Assembly (NCBI GenBank): GCA_051294905.1
Contig: CM119372.1
Location: forward strand, 25,856,001 to 25,920,000
Length of the DNA: 64,000 nucleotides
DNA from: Botryllus schlosseri
Lineage: Eukaryota
Reading direction: 5' to 3'
Shown here: positions 1 through 13,878 of the stretch, piece by piece
Layout: each line of letters opens with the position of its first letter
Numbering within the stretch: the first letter of the stretch is position 1
Position numbers and translations under genes: made by a program
Notes under the pieces: generated by a model
What the model was told of the DNA's origin: nothing
Seen by the model: only the letters and a program-made list of their open reading frames with translations
Databases searched by the model: none

Positions 1-1384
1 ATCAAATTGGTTTTTGTCCCCAAGCAAATGTGGAGTATTTACAAAGACGTCCCGATTTGCAAATAAATCCTGCACCAATAAACCACGATCAGCCATGATG
101 CTGTCCCGTCGCTGGAGCTTGCTTTTATCTGTCATTAGCACAGATCTCTCCATAATTTGTCTATCGGTCGTCCTACCACCATAAGTATCGGACACATAAG
201 AGACAAGGCCAGAGGGAGAACAGCCAATGATGGTTTTCAAGGTGTTGCGGTTCTTATAAGAAGAAAATGTGGCTGATTGTGCGTTCACATTAGAGGGCTT
301 TTCAATGGGAACTTCGGTCGCATCTAATATTACTCTGGTAGAAGGAAAATTCTTGCTAAAATCTTGTGGCATGTGTTCTTGCGTCAGCTCATACGATGGC
401 CAGGTGTTCAACTCTTTCAACTGATGGTACATGAAATTGACCCACATGTTGAACAACTGACCTACTCGAACTTTGCTGATGTTGAATATGAGTGAAAGTT
501 CAAAGTCGTCTTTTGCCTGGCGAAGTTTCATGAGAGTGAGATAGAGTTGCTCTTGGGGAGACAGACGGCTGCATTGACTTTTTAAGTAATGGGCAGCTGG
601 ACCAAGAACATTAAAAAAAAAATCAAAGTGATGGTAATCATCAAATCCAGTGAAATATTTCACAGCTTCGGGTTTGTCTTTCAAGCTGTCCAATCTCAAT
701 CCATGTGATGGCATCAAACAACATTGAGTCGTTTCGTCAACATGTCCATCATCGTTTACAGACATATTCAATTGATTACTGCACCCCTCATTATCATTAT
801 CGATTACGACCTCTTCGCTAAACCCTATTTCTGGGTTTAAATTCGAGTGGATGTTGTCAGGACAAATATCTTCAAATGGATCATGATGCCTGCGCTTTGC
901 TCTTCCTTTCCTTCCTTTGCAGACCGACTTTGCAGACCGTCCAAATGGGAAAATAGAAGGCACTGCACCGTCGCGCAATAATTTCCTCTCAACTGTAAAC
1001 AGAGAAACGAAAATGAATGAATGGATTTCTGGTATTGAGACAGATAAAATTAGGGAATTGTTCAACCAAATATTCAGCTGTTCAATAACTCCTGGCTTAT
1101 ATACCGGTACTACATAACGGAAAGCAACATGTACCAGCTGGGCTGGAGCATTCGATGCCCACCGGCAATCAGAAAATTTCATCCTTACCATTTCCATCGT
1201 CACGATAGTCGGCCTCCACAAAATGTGCGCTACAAACACGAGCGCTTGGGCCCGGCTGCCACAGTTTTTTGGTGCGACTGTCAAGCCTTCGTATCGCCAC
1301 TATCCACTTCTTTCTGGCGTCTACGTGAGTCGGAAATCGGTGACCGCCGGCATTTGAGCAACGGGGAACAGAACAACACGGCAT
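1..1384 (-). CDS. THAP-domain + HTH + DDE (DDE_Tnp_4-type) transposase, ISL2EU/Harbinger-like; exons 1384-1189 and 992-<1; 3' end outside window
   Basis: Exon 1 MPCCSVPRCSN...KKWIVAIRR...VCSAHF (THAP C2CH). GT donor at 1188, AG acceptor at 994-993 (phase 1). Exon 2 continues VERKLLRDGAVPSIF (THAP AVPxIF box) and stays open to base 1 through YFTGF, LSPQEQLYLTLMKLRQ, RVILDATEVPIEKP, TFSSYKNRNTLK, YGGRTTD and IMADRG. Confidence 0.9.
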
Positions 1385-1549
1385 CACTACTACCTCTATT
1401 ACTAATCTACTACTATAACTACTCCACTACTACTACTACCACTCCAATACTACCTCTAATACACTTCCTGAGTCGTCGTCGTAGTTACGTAAACAAAGGA
1501 CCAGTCGCACGCGCGCCCTCTAGTGACCGCAATTTTGGTTTACCCTCTC
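1..1549 (-). mobile_element. ISL2EU/PIF-Harbinger-type DNA transposon, 5' part
   Basis: Contains the THAP-DDE ORF. Putative terminus GAGAGGGTAAACC next to an AT dinucleotide at 1550-1551; (CTA)n tract at about 1385-1455 in the 5' leader. The other end is not visible. Confidence 0.65.
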
Positions 1550-4125
1550 ATTGAACATTAACAAGACAAGGCTGCATACCGATATAGCTGGTGATATGAA
1601 TTTCAAGGTTGGAGCGTAATGCTTTGATAGCAACGAAACAATCCTTGTTCATAAAAAAGTCAGCCTTGTCGATATGGCAATAAGAATGCGCCAAATGTGA
1701 TAGCCGAGCTTTAAGAGCAGGTATATCATTGTCCGATTTATGACGAGTGTCAGCCGAAAATATTGGGGTTCATTTCAATATGAATAAACTATTCAATTGT
1801 ATATTAAAGTTATGTACCTCCAAGAAGCTGTTCCCTGCATTGGGACAAATTATGGAAATACTTCGGAAATTTATATTTCAAACGACTGTTCACTAACTTG
1901 ATGAGACTGACAACTTCAAATCGAGAAGGTTTCGTAGACATTACGAAGTCACCCTGATTGACGTTACCATCTCCATATTTTTATTTTTTCCACAAACCCC
2001 TACAAAACGACTCTAAACAGCAATATGTTTGTATCAGCAGGTTGTTGGAAAATTGGTAATGAAAATGAGTTTCCACACTACCATAGTCCATGTAAGACGA
2101 TTATTATGATGATATGAGTCATGAGGTTTTAGCAGTTGTGGTGCGAAACTGCCTCATGCTTTCTTAAATTGAAAAATAAAATAAAAATTAGGTTATCAAC
2201 CATTTTAAAAATCAGAGGTCTCGCGGACCCCCGGTTGAGAACCGCTGAGATAGGCTATAGTAGTAGAGCAGAGGTCTCAAACTCAAATGTGCTCGCGGGC
2301 CAATTTCTTAGTTTTGATGACGCCGCGGGCCGCACCACCAATAATAGGGATATTCAACGCAGAATTTCCAAGGGATGTTGCCTCTTGCTTGATTTTATTC
2401 TTTGACAGCATCTGTCCTGAAATGTTTACAGTGATGTGTCTGACATAACATGTCTCGTGCTGCCTATGTCTTGGATCAACCTAAAAGGCTCACAAGCCTC
2501 CAGGTATACCTGTGTGCGTGCAATAAACAAGACAATTATGTCGGGATTAAGGCGATAGGGGCGTTTGAAAACTGGTTCGTTGCCTGACGCAAAATTGTCT
2601 GGGGCGAGCACTAGCAGTAGCCAATTCATATTCTTCAAGAGTTCAATACATATGTATGGTAGGACTATACACTGCGGCGAGCGGATATGACTCCGTCGGA
2701 ATTTGTCACTTCAAAGCGCGTGCTTACTTATTGAACACTTGCTAGTACATACAGTACCGCACATAGGTGGATTTTATTGCTATTGATCCCATGCACGGTA
2801 GCCTACGATGTTATCCCCTGTGAAATGCTATACGATTGCGCAATTGCTGTAATCGCGAAAGTCACAAGACAAGCGCGTGACTGCGAATTGAAAGCATCGG
2901 ATGGCTGGCGTAGTATTCGGTGAAGTCAGGGATATCTAGAAGTCTAGAACTAGTACGGACAAACGGTGGGAGTAACTGGTAGCCTGTCGCAAGTGTCGCG
3001 TTAATCAACACCCAAGAAGTAGCTGTTGGTTTCCGTTTCAAAAAGGTTGGTGACCCCTGATGTGTCGTATAGTGGCGTGGGATTAGCGTTGGTACAGGGG
3101 CGAATATGCAAGATGCGGCAGTCATTGATCCAAATGTATTCGCTTTTTAATGCAGCGTTCTCGAATCTCTCGAATATGCATAATTTGATACAGAGAATAT
3201 GTCAATAGTGCGGCGATGTGGTCTCTTTACGATATTTTAACATTATTTGCAACCTCCAGCCATTGTATTCGAGCTTATTGTAAGAATGACTTAAAGCAAA
3301 GTGTTATTCTGTATACACTTAGTGCACTATAAAGTCTGCCGGTACCTTGTTGGCATGAAGAATCGTGTAATCATTTACGATATCGTGATTTCGTCTAATA
3401 TCGAGACTTGGGAAGGCTGTTATAGGTAATTCACTGTTGCGGGAGCTTGGGCGTTCACACAAAACGTCCCGAAACACGGTTTCACAGCGTTGAAGATCCA
3501 CATAGCCTATACTCTAACTCTGTTTAACTGATGTCGCCAGTTGCACAATGCACATAAAAGACTTTCAATAGCAATACGGCTTCCGTTTCCTTGATGCGCC
3601 CAAGACTTCTTTACTATTCATAAGTGCAGAAAGTATATGTAGTCGTAGTGGTGCATAGTACGTTTCATCGCGTTGTATGTCCTAGGTGTCGGTAAGCAGG
3701 CAAGGACGACGTAGTACAGCCACTCAGATTACAAGAATCAATGTTAAACTACTTGTTAAGTCTTCTGGCAAATTTCCCGAATTAAGCCCAGACACTCATC
3801 GTTCGTTGGTCGTCAACATAGAATTTGTTATTAAACATGAAGCGTACCTGTAAATTGGTTACTTGTAAATGGTAGGCATTGGTCTTGTTGTAAAGTGTAC
3901 TACGGTACACTACAAAAAACAGCATTACAGCTGCAAATATGTTATCCTGCTGCGGGTAACCAGCAGACACGAATCATACTTCTATTTTCCGGAGCACTCA
4001 AGTACGCGTTGCCTTGCGCTTATTCTTCAATTGGTTATGTTGCTACTATGGAGGCTCACGTTCGCGTTCATTGGAATTGGTACTCGATTCTGATTCGAGT
4101 ACTCGAATCATTGTGCCCAGCCCTA

Positions 4126-4610
4126 CATGTAGGTAGTCAGCGAATGATACTCGTTCATTCAACCAATCAATGATATTGATATAAAGAATTCATCGATGCC
4201 TGCTAAATATCAACGTAGCAATACTCAGACGACGAATACATGGTCCGATCTGGTCTAGACCATTAAGGCGTAAGCTTATATTTCCTTGCAAATGCTCAAA
4301 TGCTCGCAAAGCGACGGAATATATATATTTTATGGGATTGCTATATCATTTGATTGCCTCAGTTGATACATTCGGCGATGTTTAAAACGTCAATACGTAC
4401 TTCAGCATTGTGGCATTATTTGGTCCGAGTCGTCGCTAGGTATCGTGTACTGTACAGTAATAGACAATTCACTTCACTGAAATGTAGGGTTGGAATTAGG
4501 AATATGATGTCACGTGACGTCATGAGGTTCACGTTCGCGTTCACACAGAACCTTTCAAAAAGGTTCGCGTGCACACGAACCTGAACCTTTCAGAGGTTCA
4601 CACCCTCCCG
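4126..4610 (-). mobile_element. hAT MITE family A (TAGGGATGGTGTGAAC termini), truncated copy
   Basis: Reverse-complement match to the full copy at 53587-54498. Abuts the end of another MITE (...gcccagcccta) at 4125. Confidence 0.75.
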
Positions 4611-5497
4611 AATTGTTACGCTACATCGATTTCTACTTGAATAGTTTCAGTCAAAACTGCCTCCTTTTTCAGTAGGGTTTGTAACTGGAAGGTAGTTTTG
4701 AGTAAGTTCGGGTCATTGTTATGAGTGAGATAGCGTGGAATATCCCCATTACTTCAGTAACTGAATATTTATAGGCTATTTGAATAATATACATATTTGT
4801 AGGGTCATTCATTAGTCATTTTGTGTTAGCCGGGATCCATCTTGCTATTGGAAAGTAGTCACTTGCTATTATCTGCTAAAAGTATGCGATCCCCTCGACC
4901 AAGTCTACTTTTTCTTACAATCTATTTGAGCACTTTTGAGACCTCTCATTTACTTCTTCCACTTGAAATTGTTTTCACATATCTATAGCTACTTGTACTT
5001 GTAGCTGAGCATAAATTTACGGTGTTACTTCTACTTCTACTTGAGTAGCAATGCTTACTACATTGACTATTTATTTATGAACGTAGGTAGGGATATTTTT
5101 ACTTTATCTAACCTGGATAATAAAAGCGACTAAGACGATGATAGATGTTCCTGTAATTTCTTCATGATTGACAGGCTTTACTTTAAATCATCTCGACACC
5201 AGAAATACCGAGGGGTGCTGCTTATGGCGTAAGCTAAAGTTGCGCCTAAAACATTTGGTCCGTAGTGACAGGGTAAAATAGAACAAGTCGCGCGTTTCTG
5301 TTTATATATACAAAATACAGTCAAATTTCGGATCTCTTTTCGATTAGCCTACAGTATTTGCTATTTCGGCGACGGAGTTTTCCAGTTTAGTAAAACTACT
5401 TTCTCAATGTTGAGCGATTGGTGGGAACTGGAATTGTTGTGAGTTTGCCACACCATCAAAGGGCGTAAGGATTTTGCGCAAGAAGTATCGCCCAGGC

Positions 5498-7112
5498 CAG
5501 GGACGGGATTATGAGCGGCTCGCAGACAGTTTCCTGTCTTACATGATAATGTGGTCCGCGTGTGCGAGCAAACATTTACGACCACGAACGTTAACAATAA
5601 GACACAAGCTGCGTCCCAGTCTAACTGACGTTGACGCGTAGTCTTAAGTAAAGGTGTCTATGTCCGACATGTAGCAAGACTTCAAACAACTAGTTTACAA
5701 CTTTGATCGGACATAGATGTCTCATTGACTTCAACAGCTATTGAAGTATATTACTTGAATAAATTCAGTAAATATTGTTTTTAGTCTCCATGCTTTAAAC
5801 CAGAGGTCTCAAACACGCGGCCCGCGGCCCGCGACGACATTTTAGATTTTTATTAATTTGACATTATATAAGTGTCACATATATTTTCAGGTTATAAAGT
5901 GAAAATTCCCTCTTAAATTGCTCCGAAAGCCTGAAACTATTCATCAAACTTCAATTGTAAACGCTACCATACAGTGGAAGATTCACTATTTCGCCACAGT
6001 TCCAATTCATGATGACAAAACCTGACCCTTAGACGATTCGTGACTGAAATTTGGGAGTTGGACTTGGACGCGACCTTTCTTAGAATTATTCAGACTAGGG
6101 CTAACTCGAAGGCAAAATGAAAATGACTCGAGTGGACTGGGAGTGACTCGGAATGCCGTGAATTTGTTAGAACCATGGGCGCATAACGAACTAATCGCGT
6201 ATCAGGGGAATAGTAATAGATCAGAAGGTCGCAGCTTGGTATTTCGCTAATCAAGCAAGTAGTTATGGCAACCATTGGCAATCTGTTAGTTACATTTTTG
6301 GTCGCTAAACCATGTTATTAAGGCCACTTAAAGGTACCGAGTAACGTAGTGGTACGCTCCAACGATGTTACAATAATGGGCCGTTCGGCGTTCCGACATT
6401 GTAATCACTAGGACACATTCATTAATATAGTTATATTTTTTATTTATAATTTTTCTGCTCCTATATTCTAAGATATTTGACCATCAGATTAATAGCCTAC
6501 TTATCAGAAGTATACCCGAATCCTGGATTGGAATTACAATGCCCAACCTAAAAATGTTTTGATTTCAGATCAGTCTCTATTATCAATCTGTCAATTCAAA
6601 ATATTCATATAGTAGCTGCAAAATTATAACCCAATAGCTTTTATGAAGGCATCATACATTTGTCCGCCCATATGGTGTCTATATCTTATAATTAATATAT
6701 ATCTAGTACAACAACAATTCTTCTCAAATAGTTATAAATGTGATGATTCTTTTCGTGCCAGGCCCAAATTGATACAAGAGTAAATCAAATTTTGACGATG
6801 TGTGTTTACTGTTAATCTGCTGGATCGGTCACTTTCAATTAGACAATTCATTCCCGCCAAATAAGACCTACTTGGAAAGACATAGGATACCCCTATAAAT
6901 GCTGCGGCCCGCAGCGTTCGTCAAAACTTGAAAACTGGCCCGCGAGCACATTTGAGTTTGAGACCTCTGCTTTAAACTAATAGTTTACATTAAATACGCT
7001 TTATTCATTGGTCGATAAATACGCGATTAAAGTATCGATTCAGGAATCTGGCCCGCCGATTACTTCATTTTCCCAAATCCCACCCGCCGGCTGGAGAAGT
7101 TGCCCACCTCTG
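5498..7112. mobile_element. Old hAT MITE hosting a younger MITE
   Basis: TSD gcccaggc/gcctaggc (7/8). The two halves join to match related copies at about 42242-42900 and 43290-44800. Confidence 0.7.
5801..6969. mobile_element. hAT (Buster-type) MITE, CAGAGGTCTCAAAC termini
   Basis: TIRs cagaggtctcaaac/gtttgagacctctg; perfect 8-bp TSD CTTTAAAC. Relatives at about 2269 (fragment) and 8690-9186. Confidence 0.9.
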
Positions 7113-8689
7113 GCCTAGGCATAGGTGGGTGTCTGATTTCAAAGACTACTCCAAGTCGTTTCGACACTATCTCATCTTTTTATCGCAGTTTTGTGGTGTT
7201 TTGATATGATGAAATTTGCCATAAAACTGATACTGATACCTAAAAGAGACATATTTCAGAAAGGAATTTCAGTCACGTGCGCACAATTGCTAAGGCGTCA
7301 TGTGGTATTGTCGATTTTCAACTGTGCCTGCTGGAATCTGTTGGGCAAACCCTTTAACGATTGATAACGCTACATCATCGGTCTGGTATATTCATCAATT
7401 TCATCATGCATACCATCGCGTAAACGTGTAATATACGTGCTATTTCTATTTGAGATGATATAAAGCGTAGCGTATTTATTGGTCACACGACTGTATGAGT
7501 GCATGTATAGCGCATGGCATATGATGATTACAACGTAGGAGCGGTGATTGACGAAGTCGTATATAGCCTTGGGCGTCATGAGGTTGATTCCACACGGACG
7601 TCATCTCATTACGACCTAATCAGATGAGGAAATTCGAAATTTTGGTATCGAAAATAGGTAGATAGGCTAGCATCCACTGAGGCAAAATGGTATTTTTAAT
7701 GAAAGCTCCCAGTTTTCAACTAAAGACACGGGTCTATAGTTAGCAACGCATAGTCAGACAGGCCTGTAATGGCCAATAGATCTGCACAAGCACAACGCAC
7801 ATTAACGGGGAACTCGCTACAGTGTAGGACAGGTGCGTCGTGCATAGTCTAAATAGGCTTACCGCTGTTCATATGATGAGAGCGTCTCACATGACAGGAT
7901 ATATTCCGACTGAAATTGGGACAACAATTGTTTTGACAAAACGCAGGCTTGGTTCGATACGTTATGTAGGTAGGATTAAGTATCAACTTCCCCTATTACA
8001 CGTAGACCTGTGGGGTACAGACGTACACATGTAGTGATAGATTCATGGCTGCTAGTTGTCGTTAGGATGAACACTGAACAGTGTTGACGCAAGTTATATC
8101 GCGATTATTAGAACGCTTTTATTGGGGCTGCAGGCCAGCATATATAATTTGTAACTTCGTCACACACTGTGCGTTTGCGTATCCACATAGTAGTCGTCGT
8201 ACCATCCCAGATATTCAGTGATGTTCGATTGGGTCACTTTGATACCCTTACATTTCGTACTATCAAAAAAACTATGTAGCAGGGTTGTCCATAACTTGGA
8301 AATCTCAAAAATGATACGTATCCATGTCTCATTCTATATATTATTGATAAAAACGGCAATGAGCCTGCAATAAGCTCACGGAAAGTCGTTAAGATTTGCT
8401 TAAATGCGTTTGAAAGCAGCTGCTGTAGAGTGGGCGTGCCAGCGACCATAGAACGGCGAAAAGACTAGTACTCACGAAATCACGGCTCTTCACTGGGTAA
8501 TCAGATAGGCTTGAATGATCACGACCGCAGCGGCTTGCTGATTATGTGCTTCTACTCGTTCAAGAAGTTTTCTAACGGCACTGATTCTGTAAGTGCATTG
8601 TAGGTTGATGATTTGACAATAAAATGTGACACCTGGTCAATGGTCATTGAATGTTTTAGTTTTAAAAGTAGGTTAGGATAGGTTTAAAG

Positions 8690-9186
8690 CTGAGGTCTCA
8701 AACTCGAATGTGCTCGCGGGCCAATTTCTTAGTTTTTGATGATGCCGCGGGCTGCAGCACCAATAATAGGGATATTCAATGTATAATTTCCAAGTAGGCC
8801 TTATTTGACGGGACCTTGCAGTTGCATCCTCTATAGTTGCACACTGGCATTCCACAGACATCGTGAAAATGTAATTCACTATCGTACTACTCACGCTTGA
8901 CACGGACAAAATCAGTCACGAATCATCACCAGGTCATGTTTTATCTTCATGAACTAGAAACGTGACGTAATAACTTATCTTCTACCTCACGGTAGCTTTT
9001 AAAAGTGATGTGATAGCGAAGTTTGTTGGGATTGTAGTTCTAGGGTGAACTTTTAAGCTCTTATATCGAAAAAGATATATGACACATGAATGCATTGTCG
9101 AATACTCGAAAATGCCGTCGCGGGACGCACAAAATGTTCTCGCGGGCCGCATGTGGCCCGCGGGGGTTGCGTGTTTGAGACCTCTG
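8690..9186. mobile_element. hAT MITE, CAGAGGTCTCAAAC family
   Basis: TIRs at both ends; degraded TSD gtttaaag/gattagag. Confidence 0.8.
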
Positions 9187-9868
9187 GATTAGAGCAACAA
9201 AAGCCGATTGCAAACATGGCCGAAGTGAAACAGCGAATGCTTGTGAACTTGTAGAACTAAGTATAAATCCGAGAAATATCTAGTCTGATGTGCTTGCGAT
9301 TACGCAGAGTCCTCCTGCGTTTCTGGGTCCAGGTAAAGTATTAGTCATCGCCAAACTGTTGCAGCTCACCATGTGAAATGGATGCTGGACATAATCCTGT
9401 ATAGTATGCTCAGAAGATGATACGTGGACCGACCGGGTAGCTTACATTGGAACTCCGAAGAAGTGTAACTACCCCATCGCTTCAATGCATTTATCAATCC
9501 ATGTCTGGTTTGATTCAAGCAGTAGTCGTGATGCAGCCAGTAATGATCTATGATTCATTTGGGACATGCTAAGCTATACAAGCAAACTGTAGTTTTGCTG
9601 GTCCTACCAGCATAGTCTGTGCTTACCTTTGGATCTCTTTCTGCGGTACGATTGAGGACTTTGACAGGACTTACGGGTTGATACGGGTGGATTCATTATG
9701 CTGTAAGAATCTGACAAGTGCCACGCATAAACGGCCGATTGATCCCACCCTTAGAGCATTCAAGACTTGAGTTATGTACCACGACAAGAGCCTTGGAGTA
9801 TTTGGTTGTATTAAGATTTAAAGTAGTCTAGGCTATAACCTAGGCTATAGATCCATCCAAGAAACAAA

Positions 9869-10710
9869 ATGACAAAGCCTGGAACACATGAAGATGCCAT
9901 CTTGGCGAGACTGAAGAAGATGGACAGTAAACTGGAAGATACGCTCAGTGAAGTCAAAGGTTTGACACAGTTGAATGTAACATTGCAGAAGCAATATGAA
10001 AAATTGCAATCTGTGCTTGATAAGACCAACCAAGAGGTTAGGAATCTAAAGGAAGAGAACAAGGAACTCCGGAAAGAGATAGAAACTTGCAAGACAGGAA
10101 TGGAATTCATGAATGCAGAATTTGAGAGTAAGAAAGAAAGTCCAAATCTCGCCTCGCAAGAAACCATGCTCAAGGAACACGACAAATTTGAATCAACTAT
10201 GAGTATCCTGAACAAAAAAATATCTGGCCTAGTACGCACCAACGACAACCTGGAGCAGCAATCTCGAAACAACAACCTGGAATTTCATGGTGTTCCCTAC
10301 TCTAAAAATGAAGATCTGCCGGCGACCATCATGAAAATAGCTATAACGCCTTGAAAGCTGACATCACTGTGCCACAGATTGTGCACTGCTATAGAGTGCG
10401 CTTCAAAAATCCAGACAAAACAGGACCTATTGTAGCTAAATTCTCTTCAGACCAACCAAAAAAAGAAATCCTCAAAGTGAGAAAGGACAAAAAGGATATC
10501 GAGGACTTTGGTATTGAAGGAATGACACAACTCTTCCTAAACGAAAATTTAACAAATTACAGAAGAGATGTCTTCTTTGAAACGCGAGCTGCGAAAAAAA
10601 AAAGCTTCAAATACCTCTGGACTGCAAATGGGAATATCTACATGAAAAAGAATGACGGCGCACCCAGAATCCACATTGAGTCAAAGGATGACCTCGATAA
10701 ACTCAAATAG
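9869..10710 (+). pseudogene. LINE ORF1 (coiled coil + RRM/CTD, L1-ORF1/FP25K-like), one frameshift at about 10350
   Basis: Coiled-coil-like N-terminus; EQQSRNNNLEFHGVP, HCYRV, PIVAKF, LFLNENLT and KYLWTANGNIY motifs across ORFs 9869-10354 and 10351-10710. Confidence 0.85.
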
Positions 10711-10758
10711 AAGCTGCTGTGCTGCCCTCTCACTGCAAACGGAACCCACACTAAAAAA

Positions 10759-13656
10759 ATGGCTCAAAACTTTTTCAACATGAGCAACTGCAGATCTATC
10801 AATTCAATGAACAGTAGTGATATCCCATCATCTCAAGGAATTTTACTCGCACACTTAAACACAAGATCCCTCCAAGCTCATCTAGATGAAATTCCCCCCC
10901 TGTTTGAGATGTTTAATTGCTCACCAACCATCATCGGAATCTCTGAGACCAAGTTGAAAGAACATCCAACAACTAATGTTAACCTGACAGGTTTCAACTT
11001 TTTACACTCGCCATCTAAAACGAACGCTGGTGGTGTTGGATTATACATCAATGAAGGTCTGAGATATGACGCCCGACGTAAAATTTGAAACCGAAGGCGT
11101 AGAATATATATTTGTCAGAGTACATGTACAAAAAGCTCTCACAGTGGCAGTCATCTACAAACACCCAGGAACAAAGCAAGAGACTTTTCTTGACGAATTC
11201 TCAAATATACTGGAAACGCTAACGAACAAATATTCATTATGGGAGACATAAATATTGATTTGCTGAAGACCACCAACTTCAACACAAGGTACCGTGAAAT
11301 GCTTGATTCTTATGGAATAGCTCAGATATTACTGAACCCACAAGAATAGCTGACCAATCCAAAACTCTACTAGATCACTTCTACTGTAACACTCATCAAT
11401 ATCACCTGTCCCCTTTTGTGCTCCAACACAGTATGACTGATCACTATCCCATCATCTGCCACATGAAATTGGCCCTGCCACAATGTGCTAAAGAATATGA
11501 ATCTCGAACGCCCTTAAACCCACGCGGTATTGAGGAGTATATTGAAATTGTCAGCAATACCTTCAACAACTACAAAATTCCTCTACTCACAATTGACAAC
11601 TACAATCGCCACTTTGAAAAATTTATTGAGGAACTGCGGGCAGCCCTCGACACATCTTTCCCAATTAGGAAAGTCAACCGCAATGCAAGACGCTTGAAAT
11701 CGAAACCCTGGATTGATCATGATATACTAGTTGCGATCAAAACAAGGGATTGGATGCATAAGCACTACTATCCGCAAGGCACAAGCGAAGGAAAAAAAGT
11801 GTACAAAAAATATGCAAACCAAGTGACGCATATGAAAGAAAATGCCAAAAAAGCATATTTCCAAAAAAGATTCGAAGAGTGCTCCAAAGATCCCAAGAAC
11901 ACATGGAAAACCATTGGAGAAATTATCAACCTCTAAAGGCAATGCTCCCAAGAGTGCTGCTGACACCGAGCTACTCGAGAATGGCAGCATGATCAAATAC
12001 CAGCTTGCAGTAGCAGAAAAGTTCAATCAGTATTTTTGCAACATTGGTCCGGATCTTGCAGCTTCAATACCAAACTCCTCCGATGACTTTCTCTCGTACT
12101 TGAGTCCTGGCCCTCAGAAATCCATTTTTCTTGAGCCGACAAGTGAAGGAGAAGTTGCGATCATATTATCTGAAATGAAAAGTAACAAAGCAGTAGGACC
12201 CGATCTCATCCCAACACACTTTCTGAAGCTAGTCTTTAATATTATTGGTGATGTTATATGCATTTTCTTTAATGAGTCGATACGTCTAGGCATTTTCCCA
12301 GATGCACTGAAAACTGCCAGAGTAATGCCAGTGTTTAAGAAAGGCTGTAAAAAGCTAATTTCGAACTACCGACCAATATCTGTTTTGCCAAATCTTGCCA
12401 CGGTTTTTGAGAAACTGATTGACTGCAGACTCAAGAATTTTTTCGAACTGAATGCAGTACTGTCCCCGACTCAGCATGGATTCAGATCAAACCACAACAC
12501 CAACCATGCAATACTATCAATTGTAACGGACTATTACAAAACCATCAAGCAAAAAGAAAGTGGCTGCAGCATTTTTATCGACGTACGCAAAGCTTTCGAC
12601 ACAGTTAACCACAGAATCTTAAGATACAAGCTAGAGCACTATGGAATCAGGGGTATTGCAGCAACTCTACTTGAAAGCTACCTGGCAAACCGCAGACAAT
12701 TTGTTAAACTGGGGACATTAAGAACGACTACCAGAGATATAACTTGTGGAGTGCCACAAGGCTCAGTCCTTGGACCGACTTTTTTCCTCATTTATATTAA
12801 CGACATTGTTAATGCATCTTTATTCCGCACAACCCTATTTGCTGATGATACTCACCTCTTCATTACCTCCAACACTGTCGATGATTTGCATGCATCTGTG
12901 AATAGGGAACTCCCAAAAGTGTCGAGATGGCTGCAAGCAAACAAACTAAGTTTGAATGCAGATAAGACCGAGATGCTCCTTTTAAATAATGCCAATCATA
13001 GTTTCACCGTGGACATCAATCATAAACAAATCTCCATATGTGACTCAGCAAAATATCTTGGCGTCACCATTGATGCCAAAATGTCCTGGAAGCAGCATAT
13101 TGAATGCACAATATCAAAACTAGCTCGGTGTGTGGGAATAATGACCCGTCTGCAATCTTTGGTTTCCAGATCAGTACTACGAACCATCTATTTCTCTCTT
13201 TTCCACTCTCACCTGCAATATGGAATCGTAGTATGGGGAAGTGCATGCACAACATTTTTGTGCAGAATTCGAACCCTGCAAAACCGTGCCATACGGCTGA
13301 TCTCATCTGTACCTTTACGTACCAAACTATCGCCTTACTACCGTAAGCACCGAATTTTGCAAGTTGACAAGCTATATCGCTTCGAAGTATCAAAAGTCAT
13401 TCACAAATATTTTTCCAATAGTTTGCCTCCTGTGTTTGATGACTTTTTCATACCTGCCAAAAATGTCCACTCCCATTACACGAGATCCTCGTCTAAAGGA
13501 AACATCTACTTACCCCCACCCAATAGCAACCTAACTAAGAGATCTATCGACTACTCGGGACCTATCATCTGGAATGCATTACCACCACACATCCGTGAAT
13601 TGCCTTATAATAGATTCAAGAAAGCCCTACTTGATCACCTCTTGTCGTTACACTAA
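10759..13656 (+). pseudogene. LINE ORF2: apurinic-type endonuclease + reverse transcriptase; several frameshifts in the 5' part, RT open 11842-13656
   Basis: EN motifs HLNTRSL, IGISET, GGVGLYI, YKHP, MGDINID, PTRI..TLLDHF, TDHYPI. RT motifs NYRPISVL, QHGFR, DVRKAFDTVNH, GVPQGSVLGP, LFADDT, KYLGV. Confidence 0.95.
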
Positions 13657-13878
13657 CACTGTTGCCCTACCTCGCCCAGACATTGCTTCATTGATCATTT
13701 GCTACCATCGTTTAATTTGTCTTCTATTTTATTTTTTTAACTACTGTAACCTTTTTTACAGCCAGACTGCTTAGAGTCAAGTGTACCTGTTTGATACTGG
13801 TGTGATCAGACTAGATGACCTTCACGGTCTTATCGATCATTCCTATCTAATACCGAATACTGTGCAAGCATATTTTCT

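Noticed and set aside
1169..1387. Stand-alone 72-aa THAP protein
   Set aside because: It is exon 1 of the spliced transposase; the ORF-track C-terminus is intron read-through.
2100..8250. Short 60-100 aa ORFs as genes
   Set aside because: No recognisable domains or consistent exon structure; many overlap MITEs.
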